Shown here: piece by piece, positions 57,301 to 64,000 of the stretch | Layout: every line of letters starts with the position of its first letter | Numbering within the stretch: the first letter of the stretch is position 1 | Source of the DNA: Paramoeba atlantica | Taxonomy: Eukaryota; Protista; Discosea | Direction of reading: 5' to 3' | Length of the DNA: 64,000 bases | NCBI GenBank assembly: GCA_977017575.1 | Contig: CDRNVI010000083.1 | Location: 186,001-250,000 of the forward strand | The notes under the pieces: model-generated | Databases searched by the model: none | Seen by the model: only the letters and a program-made list of their open reading frames with translations | What the model was told of the DNA's origin: nothing | Program-made: the position numbers and the translations under genes

Positions 57301-57665
57301 CGACCTTGATTTGCTCCGAGACCTTAAAATTTTTGTCCAAAAAGTCAATTTTTTTTGCCCACCCTAGAAAAATCTACTTTTTTTCTGTTTTTTCCTCAAT
57401 GGTCAAACGATATCGGGCTTCTTCCCTCCCGAATCAGCGTATTTCACCAGAAAGGCGAACTCTCATCATAGCACGCTACAAGGAACTAAAATCCCTACGT
57501 GCTGTAGCTAATGAGCTCAAAATCTCCAGGAATGGAGTAAGATATTGGGTGCGGCACTTTGAAAAGCACCAACACGTTTCCACCCCACCTCGCCAAAAAC
57601 GGCGTACGGTAGACTTCCGCAAACGACTTAAATTGGTGGTAGAAAAGAAAGGTTATCACATTGGT

Positions 57666-59828
57666 TATTGCGGTGGTTGTAAAACTACCGCTCTACCCTC
57701 GATTATTGCGGTGGTTGTAAAACTACCGCTCTACCCTCGATTATTGAAAAAAAAGTGAACAAAAACAGTGAAAATATAAAGAGGAACACAGTAATAAACC
57801 CCCGCTCACGAAAAGTGACCCCCCTCTTTTTTTTCGTACAAATGTCCGTTTGAGCTGATTTTTGTTGCATTTTGTAGATCTCAACACAAGGACTTTGCGC
57901 GTGAAGAAATGAGACAAAAAGAAACGAATACGCACAATTTAGAGAATAATTAACATTTTTTCACTTTTTCGCCCTTCAATCTTATACACTCCTTAGGTCG
58001 AGAATCAAAACTTAATACTGTTTTGTCGATCACTTTTTGAGTTAAAGAAGACCATGCTTTACGTACACATCGGATAAGTGAAGGCTTGTCCGATGGCGTT
58101 TGTTCGTCTACCGCCTCTTGGACCATAGACCAGACGTTTTCTATGGGGGAAAGGTCGGGCGAGTTGGGGGGCCAGTTTCTTAGAACATCACTCATTCGAT
58201 TCTCAATATACTCTTTGGAGGCACGGGCAGTATGTGCCGTTGCCCCATCCTGTTGAAATACACTATTAGGGGGGAAATCTACCTGTTTTGATGTTTCTAT
58301 GTACGTCTTACTTGTAATAGATGTGTCATTTGGTAGAATAACGAAATACCTCCACCCACAGGACTCAAAGTGTATTCCCCGCTAGATTTTTTTCGTTCAG
58401 ATATTTTTTGATTATCCTTCTAGAGACGTTAAAATCACGGGATAATTGTTTTATCGGAACACCTTCTCCATGTCTCATCTTCAAAAGAACCTTACCACTA
58501 TCCGTAAGCGCCCCTTTTGGAAACCGATATGGTGATTTGGTCATTTTTGGAAAAAAAAGTTGAAAAGCCAATTATTTTTTTTGACTAAATTTTAAAATTT
58601 TAAAATGAGCTAAAAACAGCGGGAACGTGCAGATCTCGAAATTTTGAACGAAACAGTGGTATGATAACCCACCCACGCCCCCATGTGCTAAAAATAAGGG
58701 GGGGTCACTTATTCGTGAGCGGGGGGTTATAATAGAAAAAAAAATATAAAAGGGGGCTCCGGTGGTCCAAAACTGAAAAAAAAAATTGAAAAAAATGGGG
58801 GGTCCAGGGGGGGGTCCAGGGGGGGGGTCCAGGGGGGGGCGCCCGCACATTGATAATGTATACTAAGCGGCACATTGATAATGCATATAGCACATTGATA
58901 ATGTATACTAAGCGGCACATTGATAGTGCATATAGCACATTGATAATGCATATAGCACATTGATAATGCATATAGCACATTGATATTGCGGTAGTTGTAA
59001 AACTACCGCTCTACACTCGATTATTGAAAAAAAGTGAACAAAAACAGTGAAAATATAAAGGGGAACACAGTAATATAATAGAAGAAAAAAATATAAAAGG
59101 GGGCTCCGGTGGTCCAAAACTGAAAAAAAAAATTGAAAAAAATGGGGGGTCCATGGGGGGGGTCCAGGGGGGGGGCATGGTCGAGCAAATTTTTTCGAAA
59201 AAATTAGTTTTCGAAAAAAAACCGCAGAAAGGGTAGCCGGGGTCTTGGCGCGCATTTTCCACCCCCCTACCCGGGGGTGACCCCCCCGCGTATCCGCAGG
59301 ACGGGTCCGCCAAGTTCTGATTTTTTCGGAAAAAATTTTTTGAAAAAAATTTCAACTTGGCGAAAAAAATGACAAAAAAAATATTTTTCCAAAATCGTTT
59401 CCCCTATTGTATTTTGATAGTTTGGGACCTACACTAGCTTTCTACGCAGTTGTTTTCGCAAGGTATCACTTCTTCGAACTGTGGTGCGCCCCCCAAAATG
59501 ACCCATTTTTGACTAAAAAAGGTGAAAAAGTATTTTTCGGACCTAAAGGGGCATTTTTGTGTCGAAAGAATGGTATGGTTGGAGTCGCATTCTCTACCCA
59601 ATACGTTCGGTAGGCTTTCATTCATGCCTACGAGTGATTTCCCACGCGCAAATGTCGGATTTAGTGCTCTGAGAGCAAATGTACGCGAAAATCACCCCAT
59701 TTTTACCCGAATTTCGGCTATTTTTGGCTATAATCTTTCCGTTTTCCAGGCTAAATTTTCTTTTTTAGGCTCTTCGTTAAACGCGGCGGTAGTTTTCAAC
59801 GCGAAGCACGCAGCATGAGTGACTTCTA
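57666..59828 (+). repeat. Tandem HINE-like copies with a 20/25-bp minisatellite (58845-58983)
   Basis: 38-bp head duplicated (57666, 57704); second copy 58984-59828; GCACATTGATAATG-based array between the copies. Confidence 0.85.
57797..58727 (-). mobile_element. Internally deleted Tc1/IS630-like family A copy
   Basis: TIR A[AC]CCCCCGCTCACGAA.AAGTGACCCC with TA TSD; N-terminal MTKSPYRFPKG.. and C-terminal QQDGATAH..WPPNSPDLSPIE fragments. Confidence 0.85.
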
Positions 59829-60826
59829 ATAATAATATACACCATCAAAAATTGTCTAGTCATTTTAGTAAAAAAATATTGTTTCAATCATGAAAAGGAC
59901 CGCGGATTCGAGACGATCGGAGCGAAAAACAGTCCCATACCAAATATTTCCGAAATCGAACAAAATGCAAGACCTGTAGGGGGGGGGTAAATGAAGCTGC
60001 CCAGGGGTGTAGTTGTTCTGGATAAGGACTAGTCGATCACGAGCATATCTTATGTAAAGACGTTGAAGAAAGTACAATTTACACAGAATTGTATCTTTCA
60101 ACAAGATGGGGCTACAGCACACACTGCCCGTGCCTCTATGGAGTACATTACGGGTAGAATAAATGATGTACTTAAAAATTGGCCCCCCAATTCACCTGAC
60201 CTTTCCCCCATAGAAAACGTTTGGTCCATGGTCCAGGATGCGGTGGACGAAAAGACTCCATCGGATAAACCTTCACTTATCCGATGTATACGCAAAGCGT
60301 GGTCTCGTTTGCCACAAAAGGTGATCGATAAAACTTTTTTGAGTTTTGATGCTCGCCTTAAGAAGTGTATAGAACTCAAAGGCGAAAAAGTGACAAAATG
60401 GTAATTGTAATCTAGAAACGCTAGTTGATCTTTGTTTCAGCCCACTCTTAGGTGCACAAAGTTCCTATGGTGAGATCTTCAAAATGCAACAAAAATGAGC
60501 TCAAACGGCCACTTGGCCAAAAAAAAAGTGGGGGGTGACTTTTCGTTGGGCGGGCTTTATAAAAAATGAATAACTACGGGAAACGACCTTTCCACCAGAG
60601 GGATTTGCGAGAGCTCTCAAATGAGCTATTATTTTCCAAAATTGGCGAAGATATACGAATTTGGATCCCCTGAGATTTAGCTGCACCCCCCTGTAAGTGG
60701 GGGGGGTATATTACATGTAAAAAAATGGCTAGCACGTGACGATCCATGACGATTCGTGGCACCCAAGACTTGCAGTCTAACCCTATCACTATGAAGCCTA
60801 TTTTGAAACCACTTTCATCCAAATTA

Positions 60827-61345
60827 TCAGGCGCTAAGATACCCCTTTTTCACCAGTGCTGCTCGCTGATTTTTAGTAAGTGTTGCTTCATCAATTACCC
60901 CAGGCTGGCCCCTTGACCACGCGAACATTCCCTTTCCTATTAAATACCTCGAAGGATTGCGAAACTGGTGACATATCGGATAGCGTCGAATGCGGAATTG
61001 AACACCGGAAGTGACGTGGCGTAGGGTATACATTTGATGATGATCAACAAAAAACTTTTGTGTCCAGTCTCCAGTAATATAATTCGAACCAGGAACCCAG
61101 CCAGTTGTATTCTTGCTCACATGTCTAGACCAGTAATTTTGGGGATTCAGAGAGACTGCACGTGAAAGAGCAAAATTATGCGGGTGCCGATAAGGAGGAA
61201 ATTTCCGAGTCCCGTACTTATTCAAGTAGAAAGCGAATCGACTGTGATTTGTTTTCAGATAATGGCGGTGGCTAAAAAGGAATAATGGCGCCCGTAGAGG
61301 CAATATGGTACGATAAGGCAGAGGAGGTACATGCATCTCAATCAA
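60827..61345 (-). CDS. Conserved-looking basic hypothetical protein, possibly mitochondrial
   Basis: Co-oriented with host genes, complex basic sequence (YGTRKFPPYRHPHNF...); family not recognised; start uncertain. Confidence 0.6.
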   Translation of the reverse strand: MIEMHVPPLPYRTILPLRAPLFLFSHRHYLKTNHSRFAFYLNKYGTRKFPPYRHPHNFALSRAVSLNPQNYWSRHVSKNTTGWVPGSNYITGDWTQKFFVDHHQMYTLRHVTSGVQFRIRRYPICHQFRNPSRYLIGKGMFAWSRGQPGVIDEATLTKNQRAALVKKGYLSA

Positions 61346-61420
61346 AATATTTATCTAGTAAAAATTACCGAGTTTAATATGAAAAACCTACTTAAAGTAA
61401 ACACTAAAACTTTTGCTGTA

Positions 61421-61734
61421 CCCCCCCCCGTTTATAATAGCCTCGCTTTTGCCCAAATAAACCTATAAAGGGGGGGGGCGATTAAAGGTTGGCACAGAAA
61501 TCGCCCTACATTTGGGAGCGAGGAACCAATAATTACCCAATCGCTAAGTGGGCCCCGGCACTCTGGCAAAGTAAAATGACCAACACGACTCCGCGCCATA
61601 CCTCGAAGAACCATGTGAAAATATCAAAATATTTAAGACGGCGCAAGAAAATTAAAAAAAACATTTGCTCGGTTTGCCCAAAAAAAGAACCTATAAAGGG
61701 GGGGAGGGGTCGAGGCTATTATAAACAGGGGGGG
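61421..61734. mobile_element. TA-flanked MITE (Stowaway-like)
   Basis: TA|C9-GTTTATAATAGCCTCG ... CGAGGCTATTATAAACA-G7|TA, with internal AACCTATAAAGGGGGGG repeats. Confidence 0.7.
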
Positions 61735-61961
61735 TACAGTATATATTTTATTACTGTACCCCCCTACTTAGGGGGTTGAAACCTTCCCAGGCTTCCCTCA
61801 ATACTTTGAAACACTATATAGAAACTATATAAAAACTATATTTTTTTACTATTTTTCTGAGTAGCTTTTTTCTGAAAGTATTGTTTGAAATGCCGACTCG
61901 ACGCAATTTCTTTTTATCACTCACGTTTTCTTGAAAGATTTCTCACTATTTTTCTCATCAT

Positions 61962-62535
61962 ATGCCCAACAAACGTCGCAACGACGAGAGTCAGGCCGGG
62001 TTTGTAGCTACTCACTTTCTTGAAGTCGATAAGGAAGCTCACATATTTGAATGTCAGAAGTGCTCTGGTCCAGACAAAAGGCGTTTTGCTTGCGAAAAGG
62101 GCATCCGAGTTTCGTACGCAGCTGCTTTGACACATCTCATTAAAAATCATAGCTTGACGTACGTATGAAGAGTGGCTTCATACAACACAGCAACGGAAGC
62201 GGTCTGAGCAAGGCACCCTGGTAGCATTCACTGTGCGGCCACAGCTCCAGGAATTTGAACGGCTTCTTCTTTGGAAGTGTGATCACGGTATTCCTAACGC
62301 TGCTATTCAGGATCCGAATTTCAAATCGATAGTAACGAAAGGGCTTCGTTGCGTTCCAGGGGAAAATACCATAAATGATTTGACCTTGGACCTAAAGGAC
62401 AAGTGTCGCTCCGAAATTTGTTCACATCTTCGCGGTCGATTTGTCAGCCTCGCAGTCGACTCCGGAGCGATACATCGAAGAACAACCTCTGCAGTATGCG
62501 TTCTGTCAGAAGGCCCTGGAATGCAGTTGAGATGA
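61962..62535 (+). pseudogene. hAT transposase N-terminal relic with BED-type zinc finger
   Basis: CQKC...HLIKNH, then after a 4-bp frameshift HGIPNAAIQDPNF and FVSLAVDSG (first catalytic D). Confidence 0.7.
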
Positions 62536-62773
62536 ATGATGGGTGCACATCCGAGGCGTATAAGAGGGCTGAAACTAGAGATTTACGATCCCGGCCGATC
62601 CCACCGGTCCTGGTTGAATTTATATGGAAGAAAAGACTTGGTGAAAACGCGAGTTCTAGAAATTCAACGAAAGAAATAGCGACCACTTTTTTTACAGAAA
62701 CTCATTCAATTGTTAAAAATCAAAAACAATGTTAACATGAAGGTAGGAGAAACTAAACAAACATTTACTATTA

Positions 62774-62977
62774 AACCCAGATTGAAAGGGGCGAGGGAGA
62801 TACGAAGCAACAGGCGTGGCAGATTCCCACTGAAAAGAAATGGTATCTCCCCGCACGAGAAAAGCCTTTGTGCTTTCTAGCTCGGAGACAAACTTCGTGC
62901 GGGAGATACCATTTCTTTTCAGTGGGAATCTGCCACGCCTGTTGCTTCGTATCTCCCTCGCCCCTTTCAATCTGGGT
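62774..62977. repeat. Foldback element, about 84-bp arms and about 36-nt loop
   Basis: 62774-62858 is the reverse complement of 62895-62978 except for one C indel; TA on both sides. Confidence 0.9.
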
Positions 62978-62982
62978 TATAC

Positions 62983-63542
62983 GGCGGGCCGTTCGAGGCG
63001 GTGCAGACCCGCTGGCGCGGGGAGTGCTTTACCTCGTGACAAGTAATCTTGAAGGAAACAAGCTTCTGAAATCTTTTTTTTGAGGGGCCCGCCCGGCGGG
63101 CCCTTCGAGGCGGTGCAGACCCGCTGGCGCGGGGAGTGCTTTACCTCGTGACAAGTAATCTTGAAGGAAACAAGCTTCTGAAATCTTTTTTTTGAAGGGC
63201 CCGCCCGGCGGGCCGTTCGAGGCGGTGCAGACCCGCTGGCGCGGGGAGTGCTTTACCTCGTGACAAGTAATCTTGAAGGAAACAAGCTTCTGAAATCTTT
63301 TTTTTGAAGGGCCCGCCCGGCGGGCCCTTCGAGGCGGTGCAGACCCGCTGGCGCGGGGAGTGCTTTACCTCGTGACAAGTAATCTTGAAGGAAACAAGCT
63401 TCTGAAATCTTTTTTTTGAAGGGCCCGCCCGGCGGGACCTTCGAGGCGGTGCAGACCCGCTGGCGCGGGGAGTGCTTTACCTCGTGACAAGTAATCTTGA
63501 AGGAAACAAGCTTCTGAAATCTTTTTTTTGAGGGGCCCGCCC
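62983..63542. repeat. Tandem array, 5 x 112 bp, with palindromic junctions and a T8 run
   Basis: Unit starts at 62983, 63095, 63207, 63319 and 63431; near-identical units. Confidence 0.95.
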
Positions 63543-64000
63543 GGCTAACATTTTGCCTCTGGGAGGTCTATGTTCGAGTCTACTTACGTCTTGTTTATGT
63601 TAAGCATTGAGCCCTTTATGTTGTACTTTAATAATGCAAAAGTGCACCTATGGGCACGTTCACTGGCTCAGTGAGACGGAACCGAGGTTCCCCCAACACT
63701 TACACCAGGTCGTGCATACGGAACATTTCGTTCGTTGACAGTTCTTTATGTATCTCTGCTTGGTTAGCCAACAGGCATTAAGCTCAGACGCCACGTCAAG
63801 GCGAGAGATAATTGTCTGAGGACCCTCTTCTCACGAAGAAGGTATTCAAAATGAATGTGATTTTCGTATCAATTTACTCTAATTTTTTTTCTATTTTCCA
63901 CTGTACATTTCTTGTTCCACTGTATTTCTTGTTCTTCGCTCTTTTGCCCATACCGCTTCTACCGATTCCCGGCTGACGATCTGAGCAAGTTCCGTACGAG

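Larger units (their letters stand above)
57172..60009 (+). mobile_element. Tc1-like family B element with long TIRs (about 120 bp)
   Basis: TA|CACCCCTGGGCAGCTTCATTTACCC... and its reverse complement ending at 60009|TA; HTH-like ORF starts at 57399 and is interrupted at 57666. Confidence 0.85.
56560..60404 (+). pseudogene. Tc1/IS630-like DD35E transposase (family A) split by a 2.8-kb insertion
   Basis: 56560-57171 (HTHs, VVFTDEK, VWGAIG..WRHL) joins in frame to 60012-60404 (VVLDKD*SITS...FQQDGATAH...WPPNSPDLSPIE) once 57172-60009 and one TA are removed; one TAG remains at 60030. Confidence 0.9.
56094..60693. mobile_element. Outermost TA-flanked element of the nested stack
   Basis: TA|CAGGGG.. 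and ..CCCCTG|TA, with about 90-bp imperfect inverted ends sharing AATAGC.CATT.GAGAGCTCTCGCA. Confidence 0.5.

Noticed and set aside
50484-59830. Short ORFs such as 52913-53302, 58572-58850, 58908-59355 and 59407-59818
   Set aside because: They are translations of non-coding repeats (poly-A/T and G-run tracts).
62983-63542. CRISPR array or SL RNA / 5S rRNA gene array
   Set aside because: Units are essentially identical with no variable spacers, no cas genes are present, and neither strand matches the SL exon (AACTAA..) or 5S consensus.
5400-64000. TnpB/Fanzor, IscB or Rep/helicase ORF associated with the elements
   Set aside because: No RuvC-like, zinc-ribbon or HUH/helicase motifs were recognised in any ORF; a degraded remnant cannot be excluded without an HMM search.
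1-64000. Bacterial or viral origin of the whole window
   Set aside because: eS4, MTR4, PARN, NMT, centrin, URM1 and TIP41 are eukaryote-type genes arranged in a unidirectional intronless cluster.

Overview
Eukaryotic nuclear DNA, most likely from a kinetoplastid. About 20 intronless housekeeping genes lie on the minus strand like one polycistronic unit: a 5'-3' exonuclease, URM1, an L-type lectin, PARN, NMT, a Spinster-type MFS transporter, DnaJ, TIP41, a DCAF4-like protein, centrin, CNNM, EMG1-like, GTPBP1/2, MTR4, RPS4, TatD and four LRR paralogues. The RPS4 N-terminus (KRLYAP..WMLSKL) is kinetoplastid-like. The short LRR family suggests a Perkinsela-like prokinetoplastid, but that is inference. 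The gene blocks are separated by large repeat islands (about 5.4-14.7, 17-24, 38.1-39.9 and 50.4-64 kb). These islands hold an unexpected set of DNA transposons: an intact bacterial-type IS30 element with TIRs and a 2-bp TSD, DD35E Tc1/IS630-like elements nested up to five layers deep, Merlin/IS1595, PIF/Harbinger, pogo-like and hAT relics, several MITEs, and a hairpin-bounded head-to-tail repeat resembling Helentron/HINE rolling-circle elements. Also present: a frameshifted HOP1-like HORMA relic, sharp GC islands inside conserved CDSs, and a 5 x 112-bp palindrome-junction array. No tRNA, rRNA, SL RNA, CRISPR array or TnpB/Fanzor was recognised. All calls are by eye, with no database searches.
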